A stretch of 64,000 bases of DNA from Tubiluchus corallicola (taxonomy: Eukaryota; Animalia; Priapulida): the NCBI GenBank assembly GCA_030141605.1, contig JAQGDQ010000294.1, positions 186,001 through 250,000 of the forward strand, read 5' to 3'. Every line of letters starts with the position of its first letter. Position 1 is the stretch's first letter. The notes under the pieces were generated by a model that searched no databases, had not been told where the DNA came from, and was given only the letters and a program-made list of their open reading frames with translations. Below, piece after piece: positions 1 through 10,488 of this stretch. The position numbers were made by a program, and so were the translations under genes.

Positions 1-415
1 TTGCAAACAGGCAGAAAACACGTCAGTTTTGCAAAAACATCTAACAACACTAATCTCCTCGTTACATTTGGGTTATTTTCATCAAGAGAATCTGAGAAAA
101 GAGAGTGTAATTACTTATAATGTTATAACTAAGAACTATAAGAATGTAGTATAAATGTACCTTTATTGAAAAACTTGAAAATCAAAATTATGGCCAAAGA
201 TGACAAAATTATCAAATATGGGGCATGTCCCGTATATAAGGGACATCTGGCAACCCTAAGCATGCCTGTGCTCCTGTAAACATGCTTGTAAACTTCCTAT
301 AAACTTGTTTAAGTTTTCTTTTTATCTCTGACAACCTTTTGGGCAATACGAAAACTGAATTTGGGTTCTACTTTTCACAAACGAATCAGATGTATAATGA
401 GAGGTAAATGCACTC

Positions 416-1010
416 CAATAATACGATAACAGACGACATCTTGCACACAAAAGCACATAATCGTGATGTGGGTGCTAACGACACCTAGTTAACGTTTTTT
501 GCAATAATAGGATAACAGACGACATCTTGCACACAAAAGCACATAATCGTGATGTGGGTACTAACGACACCTAGTTAACGTTTTTGCAATAATAGGATAA
601 CAGACGACATCTTGCACACAAAAGCACATAATCGTGATGTGGGTGCTAACGACACCTAGTTAACGTTTTTGCAATAATAGGATAACAGACGACATCTTGT
701 GTACAAAAGCACATAATCGTGATGTGGGTGCTAACGACACCTAGTTAACGTTTTTACAATAATAGGATAACAGACGACATCTTGCACACAAAAGCACATA
801 ATCATGATGTGGGTACTAACGACACCTAGTTAACGTTTTTATCAATAATAGGATAACAGACGCCGTCTTGTGTACAAAAGCACATAATCGTGATGTGGGT
901 ACTAACGACACCTAGTTAACGTTTTTTGCAATAATAGGATAACAGACGACATCTTGCATACAAAAGCACACAATCGTGATGAGGGTGCCAACAACACCTA
1001 GTTAACGTTT
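416..1010. repeat. Tandem repeat, 85-86 bp unit, ~7 copies
   Basis: Unit GATAACAGACGACATCTTGCACACAAAAGCACATAATCGTGATGTGGGTGCTAACGACACCTAGTTAACGTTTTTGCAATAATAG recurs at 425, 511, 596, 681, 766, 852 and 938 with few substitutions and no unique spacers. It lies in a presumed DPH1 intron. Confidence 0.95.
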
Positions 1011-1562
1011 CTGAAATCTTTTTCGTTTAACCTTTTTAACTTTGTGACACATTAAGGCCAATCAGATATCAGAAGCCAATTTCAGGTACAGTCTAATAAT
1101 ACGACCTAATTCACATGTTCATACTGACACGTATACGATTATAGCTCTTTCTTCTCTCATAATTCTGGTGAACCCATTAATTGCCATTTTTTGTTATCCA
1201 GGATGCCAGTTTAGTCATCAAATTGCACGTTTTATTAATTTTGATTACATTATCTTACTCTTGTAAATTAACGCAATAATCTCCTATTTGTGCTGTAGAT
1301 CAGAAATCGATTAGGCGATTGGAAACACATATTTTTATTAAGCTGCTGTAATTTGCTATTTTCATTTATTAATCTGTTGATTATTTTTCTATTGTTTGCT
1401 TCTCTTTATTGTTGAATCACATCTCTATACTGAATAAATTAATTTCAGGTTTTTCGCACCAGGTAGCGCCAGGGTTAAAGTTTTCTGTAGGATATTTTAC
1501 CTAGGCACATCCACACATGAAAATAACATTAGCTAACCTAAGATACTGCGAAATTCTGTTAC

Positions 1563-1632
1563 CTTTTGTAGAATTTGTACTTAGTATCCGCCAAATGGTT
1601 TTGTGTACTTCAAAATTGTAGTTTGAAGGCAA
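1563..1632 (-). CDS. DPH1: DPH1 (diphthamide biosynthesis protein 1), coding exon 3; gene continues beyond the left edge
   Basis: tttctttttag|...|gtaacag. Translates LPSNYNFEVHKTIWRILSTNSTK, matching the conserved DPH1 motif LPSNYNFEIPKTIWRI. Phase 0 start agrees with the previous exon. Confidence 0.92.
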
Positions 1633-1717
1633 CTAAAAAGAAAATAATAATTGCAACACGGTGAATGTACTATTGTAAAACAGAAAACCAAGAATATTAC
1701 ATGAAACTACTTATAAA

Positions 1718-2293
1718 CAGTGACGGCTTGTGTATAGGTACAGTGAAACCGCAGCACCCCTAACTTTCACTCAGTATTATCGATAATATTCAATATAATA
1801 AGTCCTTTTTCTTTGGCTCTTCCTTTATGCTTGTACGTAACCAGAGGACGTGAGGGTAGTAATGTTTGCTTCACAGCCCAGCGAAGAGGTGTGTTTGGCT
1901 GTTGTGTGCATGCGGCCAAGAGCATGCAGGGAAGCGGCCATGTGTACATGTCTGAGATAACACACTGTATGTTGCACTGGTTGCACTGCTAGCGGCTGCT
2001 GCTAGATAGAGAAAGTAATGTCTCTCATGCAGTCTGTTGCCAGTTCAAATGCCTAAAAAACGTGTACCGGCATATTCATGAACTATTCATGACATATTTA
2101 TCAGCAAAAAAATATTTGTTTAGTATTTTATCAAGCTTACGTACAAATTTTTGTAAGTTTGTTTGTTTAAAAGTACAATTACAAATACAACGGTAAAATT
2201 ACATATGTCTGCTTCATTCACACAGTATTAAAACAATGGCTAAAAGTTTTCTGATGCGGCACCCCCACTAATTTTAGCTATGAGCTGCCACTG
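1718..2293. mobile_element. hAT-like MITE in DPH1 intron
   Basis: Termini CAGTGACGGCT...AGCTGCCACTG. Flanking 8-mers CTTATAAA/TTTATAAA give an 8-bp TSD with one mismatch. A related inverted copy lies at 59441..59926. Confidence 0.7.
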
Positions 2294-2339
2294 TTTATAA
2301 ACATAAAAGTACTTGTTCAAATACGCTGACAGCTTGTAC

Positions 2340-2410
2340 CTTTTCAATGGCTTTTTGCAGCTCTTTATTATGTAAAATTTCGTCAGGTATTTTGGCTAAA
2401 CTTCTTCCAC
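2340..2410 (-). CDS. DPH1: DPH1 coding exon 2
   Basis: ttttgttttgtag|...|gtacaag. Translates (G)GRSLAKIPDEILHNKELQKAIEK, compare human [20 protein letters not shown]. Phases 1->0 fit both neighbouring exons. Confidence 0.9.
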
Positions 2411-3861
2411 CTACAAAACAAAAGATACCATAAATTCAATTTAGAAAACATTCAGAGGGTACAACAAGTACAGAAAGCGACATGTAATGGTGACCATTCT
2501 GAACTCACACCAAGAACAGGAAAAGGAAAACAAGATAATTAATACAAGCAGCAAATAATCGCATAACTCAAATTTTTGTCTAACACAGAATTTCAGTGGA
2601 ACAGATGATATCCTTCATTTGTTTTCATGAAAAACATCGCTTAACTCAAAATTTCACCTAACTCAAATAAAATATTATGGTTCATTTAATGAAAATACAT
2701 GTAATATACTTTGCCTAACTCAAAAATGCAATTCATACTCTAGCCCCACTGTCATATTGTTTAACAGCGTTGGGTACTATCCTTTTGTAACATAAAAAAA
2801 TCCTGTTTCACTACATAGTTTGTCATTCTTTATGTAATTGTCATCAAATCTCGTCATTTATGTATAGAAGGGTTGACTTTCTGCCTTCTATTTAGCTCAC
2901 CATTTGGAGGAGAGGTTTAGAGATTCTATGCTGGAAAATGGTCAACATTACCTAACTCAAAGTTTTAAGGTCCGGTTAGATATGAGTTGTGCAGAGTTTA
3001 CTATAGCCCGAAACTCTTTTAAGGCTTTCACTCCAGATCTTCATTATTTGGCAGTCACGGCTAGCTTGTACAATACGTTTTTACAATGCTCTTTTCTACA
3101 CTGACAGTAAATCTTTCTACACGAAGCCCATGTTAGTGAAGACTACGTTTTGATTCGTCTTGGAGATAGGAGAAGCCCTAAAGTTTCAAACAGAAATTCT
3201 ATTCATATCTGCAAAAGCAGGCACTGGGGCCACCTGAACTGCAATCGAAAACCTCAAATATTTTCAAACAGTAATAAAGTCACAGGAAAAGTCATGGAAA
3301 AATAACAAATTTTGGCTTGGAAAAAAAGTGCCAATTAATTTTGGGCAGATTCAAGGAAGGGTTAAGATTAGAGCTAGAGTTGGTGTTAAGATTAGGATTA
3401 TGATTAAGGTTATTTCTTTTTTCTTGTGCATTTTTTCCTGTGACTTCTTTCCTGTAACTTTTTTAAATGTGACTTTTTCACCTGGATTTTTTGAACAGGT
3501 AAGAAGCTCTGAAGCAGCACCTGTTTATTGTACAAAAGTAAGTACCACAAACACACAAGAGCAATTAGCAATTTTAAATTAGAAAGACTTAAAAAATTCT
3601 GCACTTCCACCTGGACTGTTCAGTGGGAGAAAATCAAAACCTGTCAGAGAGGTCTTAGCTAATAATAAATTACATCAATTCTGTTTGTCGTTTGTTTATT
3701 TGTTCTGCTTTTCATATATCTAGTTCAACCTTCTGACCTGTACAAGGTGTAAGATTCGCGGTTCTAATGTTGCAGTTTTTCTTTTCATATGTCAGGTCTG
3801 CTAGCTTACATCATTCTTCACGGTTATTTCGTAAAGCCACAAATTTTCTAGCACCACAAAC

Positions 3862-3967
3862 CTTTTCCTCCTGCTCCAGTAAAACGCTTCCTGTTTGACC
3901 TTGCAGAAACAACTAGAGGTCCTGCTGTTCCCGTGGACGTGTAATGCCGTTTGTCTTCACACTCCAT
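3862..3967 (-). CDS. DPH1: DPH1 coding exon 1 (start codon)
   Basis: ttttgctattag|ATG...|gtttgt. Translates MECEDKRHYTSTGTAGPLVVSARSNRKRFTGAGGK, including the RKRFxG motif typical of the DPH1 N-terminus. Ends in phase 1, matching exon 2. Confidence 0.8.
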
Positions 3968-5008
3968 CTAATAGCAAAACATGCATTATTAGTTTCGAAA
4001 ATTTTATACTTTAGCAAAATATCTGATGACTGCACACTTTTCAGTTTATCAGTGCTGAATATAAATATGCTCTATAGGGTGCATTAAGTATTTACCAGTT
4101 TGTAATTACATGAAGCTTGTACAGATTGGCAGTTTATAAAAATAGTTGACACAAAAATGATATCTCACTGGATCACAATTTGTCGGTGGAGCTGCAAAGT
4201 GCAACTGTTACACGGAAAGTGAGATTTATGTGGGATGACATGACAGGATCAATATTAAACATTATTCAGTTTATGATCATCATGTGCCCGTTATGTGTAT
4301 TGTAGACATTGCGCAGCCAGAATTCGAAAATAAAAGAAAACTCCCCTCAATACATGTAAGCACAGCAATAATCCACCAAAAAACTAGACACTGCTATGCC
4401 AGTGGCTTGTCAGCACCACTTCCAATTTCATTGTGCAGTTGATGATCAATGTAAGCCACCACCACAGTAACTAAATCAGAGAAATGGAAAACCAAAAAAT
4501 GATGACCTTCAATGTAAAAAAGACTAAGTAGATGGTAACTAAAATGATCAAAAAAAGAAATATTGAAGAATTAGGGAAGGCGGTGCAATACTGGTACAGA
4601 GAAATGCGCCAGGAAAAACAGAAACATTTTACGAAGAGCAACCACACAAAGTTACAATAAAGAAAGGTTCTTTCTTAACATCCACTAATGACGAGAAAAC
4701 GATAACACGGAATACAACAATGTTCAAGAAGATATCGCACAACCCAGATGAGATACAGAATGACACAACAAGCATAGACGATCGTACAAATGTAAACAAG
4801 GATGATGCATCAGGTAAAACACGCAGTACAGTTGACAGGACGAGTCCAATAAAGAGTGATAATAGTAGACCCATAAGAAACAGACATATATCTGAAAAGT
4901 TTAGATTACATAATTTATTGAACAGAAACTATAACACTTAAAGTATCCTAGAAAAAATCGTATAATGCACATATGCATATAAATTATAAAGAGTAGTTAC
5001 CAAGTACG

Positions 5009-5440
5009 ATGACCAAGCTATACAAATCAATGGTTTGCCCTATATTGGATTATGGTGATGTGATATGGAGCTCAAATCGTCAAGACATGGTAAGGAAAAT
5101 TTAAAGTATACAACGTCGAGCTACTAGACTCTTACCTGCTGTTTCTCATTTATTATATGTTGCAACTCTGAAGTATAGACGCAAAGACAAGTTTTAATTC
5201 AAACATTTCGTATCCTTAAAGGTACAGAAACCATCAACAGCGAAATATTTTTCCATCGACAGACATACCATGGTATCAGAGATCAGTTCTACAAAGTCAA
5301 GAAGAGAACAGTTCCCCAAAGGTGGAGTAGGAGGTTCACATTTGCAAGGCAAATAATTAATGAATTGAACACGCTGCCTAACACTGTAGTTCAAGCCTCC
5401 AATCCTGCCCACTTAAAGGTTCGTCTCGACAGACACTGAA
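5009..5440 (+). mobile_element. Degenerate CR1-clade LINE, RT C-terminal fragment
   Basis: Translates KLYKSMVCPILDYGDVIWS...I*SIQRRATRLLP...TLKYRR, the conserved CR1 ORF2 C-terminal motif (LYKSLVRPxLEYxxxVW...VQRRATK), with stops and frameshifts. Confidence 0.8.
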
Positions 5441-6301
5441 AATGCAATCCTGAAAAATATATAGATCCCAGGTTGCCACAATAGATACAGGAAGTCTTGT
5501 GCCACACTTCGCGATCACAATGTTGTGGCGAATCAGCTAAGTATTTGCGAGAAACGTAGGGAACAACAATTTTACAATGTGAAATTATTTGGCAAGTGGG
5601 CGGAAGAGTTGGGACTACTTTTTTAGCAGACAGAAAGAAAACCGCTTTTCTGTTAAATTTTTTACAGAATTTGGTGTTATTTTGTATCTTTATGAGTTTT
5701 AATAAAAGCGTTTAGAGTTCTTATTAATCCATGTGTCTGATGCATCTGTTTTCGCCTGCCTGCGTTTGTTGTTTGCAGGTTGTCTGTTTTGTTTGAAACA
5801 AGCGCTTACCTGGATATCAGAGGAGGACGCCCATTCCCCCCTCGCAAAGGTAAAGTTTTTTGTTAAATTTAGTCATCAATGACCAATGGTAGAAGTGCTA
5901 CGCAGAACGCAAAAGAGGGGCATTTTCTACAAGTGTGGCCACCTATTTTCTTCATTTTTATTTTTAATAAAGTAAACAAAGAAAAGTGGAGAGGTCCATA
6001 CGCTGTTTATTTTCGACCTCTATCCTTCGACAGTAACGGTTACATTACATATTTAATTATACTACTACTATATTACCAGATCATAGATGTAATACAACTC
6101 AAGACGTAAATGCGCAAGTTTGTCGGTTGTTCAAATTCTACAATTTTGCATTGATACCATGTAAATGTATGATAGCTACTACTGACTTTGAAGGTTTGAA
6201 TCGGTTGTAATTGTAGTTACAAATTTAGAACCGAGTTCAGAATTGTTGAATTACCAATTATTGCTATTTAATCCTCTTTACAACCAAGACGTTATACTAG
6301 T

Positions 6302-6723
6302 TGTTAAGCACATACACGTTTCCCTACCTATTAAATGTGGTCTTGCCCCTTTAACTGTCATCAGTCATGTGACCAGGTAGTTGGCCAGGTAGACATTACC
6401 TGACATGCAATTCAATTGATATGATGTGAATGTTGTTGTTGATTTCTTATTGTTTTTTCTTGCAAGTTATAAGTGCCAAAACTCAGGGAGACCACATGTA
6501 AGTGTCTAATTATGTTTATTGAACTACTTTATGCTATTAGAACAATTTAGCTGTCATTTTTTTGTACAATTGTAGACGATAATCACGTTAGCTAATTTCG
6601 TAATGTACCTTTATCAAACTTACCTTTTTCATTGAAAACTTATTGCTGTAATTTATTATTACAGATAAAACGACAATTGCTGCATGTTAAACATTTGATG
6701 TTCTGGAGTTTAAATGTAGTACA
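6302..6723 (+). repeat. 5' LTR (422 bp)
   Basis: TGTTAAGCAC...TAGTACA. By eye identical to the 3' LTR except T7 versus T6 in one homopolymer (~6557-6563). Confidence 0.97.
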
Positions 6724-6984
6724 GTTTTATATGCCTCGCCGGGAGTTTCATGTTGCCATTAAGCAGTGACCTTGGTTCAGGTGCAGGAAGTTTGACATGC
6801 TTACCTGATAGCTTTGCTCATTATGGGCTTCTACAGCGTAGCTGGTTTCTACAGGTAAAGCTGCATGAACTCTGTGAACTTGGACGCGTCAGCTAATGGG
6901 CAATAGATGGCGCTTCGGTCTTGAAAGGTGATCCTAAAATTTTTGCAAAAATTGACACTAAGAGCAATTTAATTTCAATTGAAA

Positions 6985-9900
6985 ATGGCATCAGTGTTAT
7001 TCACTAAAAGCGAACTGGAAAATAAAGTAGTTGAGAAGCTGATGCAAATTCTTCGTAGTATGTCTTTGTCGGTTTCTGGCAACAAGGCAAATTTAGTGCA
7101 ACGAATTTTGAAGCAACAGGAAACCGGTCCTTGTATACCAGGCGCTCCAGATGAATCAGCTGATTTATCGCCACCCTCAATAGCAACTGACCAACCCATG
7201 CAAGAGAAACGTAGGAGCAAAAAGTCCACCAAATCCTCGAGTGTGACGTCATCGAAGAAGAGTGCCAAGCTAAGAAACCAAGAGCTCATGATTAAAGAAC
7301 AAGAACTCAAACTCCAAGCGATGAGAATACGACATGAATGCATGCAGAATGAGTGTAGTTCTGAAGATGAACGTGATGAAGACAGCTTTGGTTCTGCAGC
7401 TGATGTTGAGACCAGGTTAGTGGACCATGGAACATCAGACTCAAAGGTCAAAGCATGGCTAAGGTCAAGGTCAACATACACGGATCCGACAGTTAAACAT
7501 ACACAAACTACATGCGAAAGCGATGAGAATTACTTGTCTGAGGCCTTTGTTACTTTAGCAACTACTGATAAGTATGCGTTGGGAGCACTTGTTCTTGCTT
7601 CTAGTTTGCGTCGCACAGGAACAATGAGATGCTTAGTCATCATGGTAACAGAGGGTATTTCTTGTGATATTATGACACTTTTGAGAAATGCATTTGATTT
7701 GGTTGAACATGTCAGTATTATTGATAGTCATGAGTTTAAAAGGTTACAATTGTTAGGAAGACCAGAACTTAATGTGAGTTTTACTAAGCTACATTGTTGG
7801 AGGTTGACACAATTTAGCAAATGTGTTTTTGTAGATTCTGATACAATTGTATTAGATAATGTTGATGACATGTTTAGATTTAAAGAGCTTTCAGCTGCCC
7901 CTGATGTAGGCTGGCCAGATTGCTTTAACTGTGGTGTGTTTGTTTACAAGCCAAGTATTGATATGTATAATAAGTTAATGTTGTATGCTAAATCAGAATC
8001 CTGTACTTTTGATGGTGGGGACCAAGGATTATTGAATCAGTTTTTTAAAGACTGGTCAACTAGTTATGAAAAACATTTGCCATTCACTTATAATGCTGTC
8101 ATTCAGGGTCGGTACGGATATTTACCAGCTTTAATGCAATTTGGGAAAAATGTAAAAATTGCTCATTTTTTAGGTCAACATAAACCATGGCACTATATTG
8201 AACACGATTCGCATACAGCTCACGTGGCGCCACCTGTTGGCAAAAAAGGTTATGAATTCGACATAATGAACAAGTGGATACAGATCTTTGATACTGACGT
8301 TAGGCCACTGCTGGAAAACAAAAATATTCGTTTGCCTATGCAGCATCCAAGTTCTGGAAATCAGTGTCTGAATGCATCAGCGTCTGCTTTTATTCCACTA
8401 GCGCATGGCAGTAATGTACCGCGCGAGAATAGGCATGGTTTTAATTCTACTCAACCTACCATTTGTACTGATAATTTAAGCGACATGCCTAATCAATGCC
8501 ATCCACAGAGCAATGACATGGCTATGATCATGAACATCATGCTTGAAGCACAACGTCAACATACCAACATGTACAAAGCAATGCAACTTCCAATAGCAGA
8601 GTTGGACAAATTTGATGGTAGCGTTCTAAACTTTTGGCAATTCATGAGACGTTTTGAAGCCAACGTCGAGAGCTACACACAAGATGAGGCTGCGAGGTTT
8701 CAGAGATTAATGCAATTTTGCACTGGAAAAGCCAAAAAAGTTGTGGAAAGTTGTAGCTACATGGATCCCAGTCGAGCATACAAGCATGCAAAGCAGTTAC
8801 TCGTCGACAGGTTCGGCTCCTCGTTTATGGTTACTCAGGCTTGGATGTCAAAAATAATCGAGTTTGACCAAATCAAGGCCAATGACAACGAGAAGCTGCG
8901 AGAATTTGCTGACTTACTTTTAAGCTGTGTCGAGACGTTGAAAGCAATGAATAATCTCAGCGAAATTAATACACAGACAAGTCTCGTTCAGATTGTTAAA
9001 AAACTGCCATACAAATTCCATGATAAATGGAAAGACGTGGTGTCCAGGATAGCAAAACATGAAATCAGAAACCCATGTATTTATGATTTGCTAACATTCA
9101 TTCAGGAAAATGCTGAAAAAATGAACCACCCTGTGTATGGTAGCCTCGGCGATTGGGAAAAACCTAAACGAAGCATCTCTGCCAAAAATTATGCCACCTC
9201 TGCTAAAGCACCTCAAGTTCAAGCAAACAATGGCAAGGCGAAAACAAATCAAGAAAAGCCGCAAACCAAAAGCGCCCAATTTTGCAAGAAAGTTTGCATA
9301 TTTTGCAACTCAAATGAACATTCTTCTCTTGGACAGTGTGAAGCCTTTGCAGCTATGGACACCCCAGCTAAGTTGATGTTCGTGCGTAAGGAACGCTTCT
9401 GCTTTAATTGTTTGGCGAAAGGAAAACATAGAGCAGCTAGATGTTTCAAACCGTCTTGTAGTGTTAATGAATGCAACAAGAAGCATTCGGCTTTATTGCA
9501 CGATGCAGTCTGGAGGCTGAGCAGTTCTTCTTCAGATGTTAATAGGCTTGCCAGGGATGAGCAGCAAAGAAAAGACGAGACTGAAGCTACAAGCTGTGCA
9601 AATAGGGGCAGTTCTAAAGGAAAGAAGATAGCATTGCCTATGGTCAAAGTTCAAGTACATGTACATGGAAGAAAGCCAGTTGAAGCCATGGCTCTGTTAG
9701 ACCCTGGATCTACAAACACGTTTTGTTCCAGGAAGCTGTTTGACAGCATAGGTGCTGAAGGAAAAGAGGATGTTCTTACCCTAACCACAATCGAGAAACG
9801 CCAAAGTAAAGCAGACACTTTAGTTACAAGTTTCGTTGTTACGGACAGCATTGGTGAAAACAGAATCATGTTGCCTCATGTTTTTGTTCGACAGTCACTG

Positions 9901-10488
9901 ATGCTAGATACAGAATGCTTGGCATCAGTCGCAGATGTTCAAAAATGGCCGCACTTGAAAGAGATAGCGTCATCGTTAGTTGAGTATCACGGACACGATG
10001 AAGACCTAAGCTTACTAATCGGTCTTGACGTACCTGATGCCTTGGCCCCTCTGCAAGTTAGACGTGGTCCTGTAAACGCTCCTTATGCTGTTAAGACGAA
10101 GCTGGGATGGACGTTGAATGGGCCTATAGCGGGTGGCAAAGTACGCAACGTGTCAGTAAATAATTACGTTATGGTCAAAGAGTCGAAACGCTGGAAATTC
10201 GGACCTAGATTCCTGATGCTACCAGAAGATGATTGGCCTCGAACTGATATGACTTCGCAGAAGGATTTATTACAAGGTGACAAAGAAGTGAAGCACTCTC
10301 CAGTTGTTAATACCATAACAGCGACGACAATGGATGACACACAGCGACAGCGTAATATCATAAATGACTTGATGGATTGTTATTCTTCATTCTACAAGTT
10401 GAAGAAAAGTGTTGCATGGTTTCTTCGGTTCAAAACAGTATTAAAGAACAAGTTGCCAAAGAGACTTCGAGCTTTCCAAACAAACTGA
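6985..10488 (+). CDS. Chimeric polyprotein: SAP domain - coiled coil - glycogenin (GT8) domain - BEL Gag - 3x zinc knuckle - aspartic protease - post-RNase H linker
   Basis: First ATG at 6985. SAP-like LENKVVEKLMQILRSMSLSVSGNKANLVQRIL. Glycogenin EAFVTLAT...FTKLHCW...FVDSD...LSAAPDVGWPDCFN...FDGGDQGLLN...YGYLPA...HFLGQHKPW (7540..8313). Gag KFDGSVLNF...RFG from ~8587. Knuckles 9295..9501. Protease ALLDPGS (D at 9700) ...LLIGLD...TKLGWTLNGP. Confidence 0.95.
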   Translation: MASVLFTKSELENKVVEKLMQILRSMSLSVSGNKANLVQRILKQQETGPCIPGAPDESADLSPPSIATDQPMQEKRRSKKSTKSSSVTSSKKSAKLRNQELMIKEQELKLQAMRIRHECMQNECSSEDERDEDSFGSAADVETRLVDHGTSDSKVKAWLRSRSTYTDPTVKHTQTTCESDENYLSEAFVTLATTDKYALGALVLASSLRRTGTMRCLVIMVTEGISCDIMTLLRNAFDLVEHVSIIDSHEFKRLQLLGRPELNVSFTKLHCWRLTQFSKCVFVDSDTIVLDNVDDMFRFKELSAAPDVGWPDCFNCGVFVYKPSIDMYNKLMLYAKSESCTFDGGDQGLLNQFFKDWSTSYEKHLPFTYNAVIQGRYGYLPALMQFGKNVKIAHFLGQHKPWHYIEHDSHTAHVAPPVGKKGYEFDIMNKWIQIFDTDVRPLLENKNIRLPMQHPSSGNQCLNASASAFIPLAHGSNVPRENRHGFNSTQPTICTDNLSDMPNQCHPQSNDMAMIMNIMLEAQRQHTNMYKAMQLPIAELDKFDGSVLNFWQFMRRFEANVESYTQDEAARFQRLMQFCTGKAKKVVESCSYMDPSRAYKHAKQLLVDRFGSSFMVTQAWMSKIIEFDQIKANDNEKLREFADLLLSCVETLKAMNNLSEINTQTSLVQIVKKLPYKFHDKWKDVVSRIAKHEIRNPCIYDLLTFIQENAEKMNHPVYGSLGDWEKPKRSISAKNYATSAKAPQVQANNGKAKTNQEKPQTKSAQFCKKVCIFCNSNEHSSLGQCEAFAAMDTPAKLMFVRKERFCFNCLAKGKHRAARCFKPSCSVNECNKKHSALLHDAVWRLSSSSSDVNRLARDEQQRKDETEATSCANRGSSKGKKIALPMVKVQVHVHGRKPVEAMALLDPGSTNTFCSRKLFDSIGAEGKEDVLTLTTIEKRQSKADTLVTSFVVTDSIGENRIMLPHVFVRQSLMLDTECLASVADVQKWPHLKEIASSLVEYHGHDEDLSLLIGLDVPDALAPLQVRRGPVNAPYAVKTKLGWTLNGPIAGGKVRNVSVNNYVMVKESKRWKFGPRFLMLPEDDWPRTDMTSQKDLLQGDKEVKHSPVVNTITATTMDDTQRQRNIINDLMDCYSSFYKLKKSVAWFLRFKTVLKNKLPKRLRAFQTN
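7540..8313 (+). other. GYG: Captured glycogenin catalytic domain (in frame within the retrotransposon ORF)
   Basis: Colinear with animal glycogenin residues ~3-265. DxD (DSD, 7834-7842), TKLHCW Lys, FDGGDQG Asp pair (8011, 8020), acceptor Tyr in RYGYLP (8113), HFLG His and KPW Lys are all present. No introns. Confidence 0.93.

Noticed and set aside
416-1010. CRISPR-like regular repeat array
   Set aside because: Whole units repeat with no unique spacers, no cas genes are present, and the context is eukaryotic.
2549-3497. Degenerate MITE-like segments (2549..3003; 3270..3497 with a telomere-like core) and other hAT/piggyBac-like ends (~258, 1027..1479, 42242..43051, 46444..47200)
   Set aside because: TIRs are too degenerate and TSDs are missing, so boundaries cannot be supported.
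7540-8313. Glycogenin as an independent host gene interrupted by or fused to a TE by chance
   Set aside because: It lies wholly between paired LTRs with a TSD, is intronless, is in frame with element sequence on both sides, and lacks its own start codon and C-terminal tail.
10440-10488. Programmed -1 ribosomal frameshift between ORF1 and the integrase
   Set aside because: There is no X XXY YYZ slippery heptamer, and BEL elements normally encode this region in one frame. A 1-bp deletion or sequencing error is simpler.
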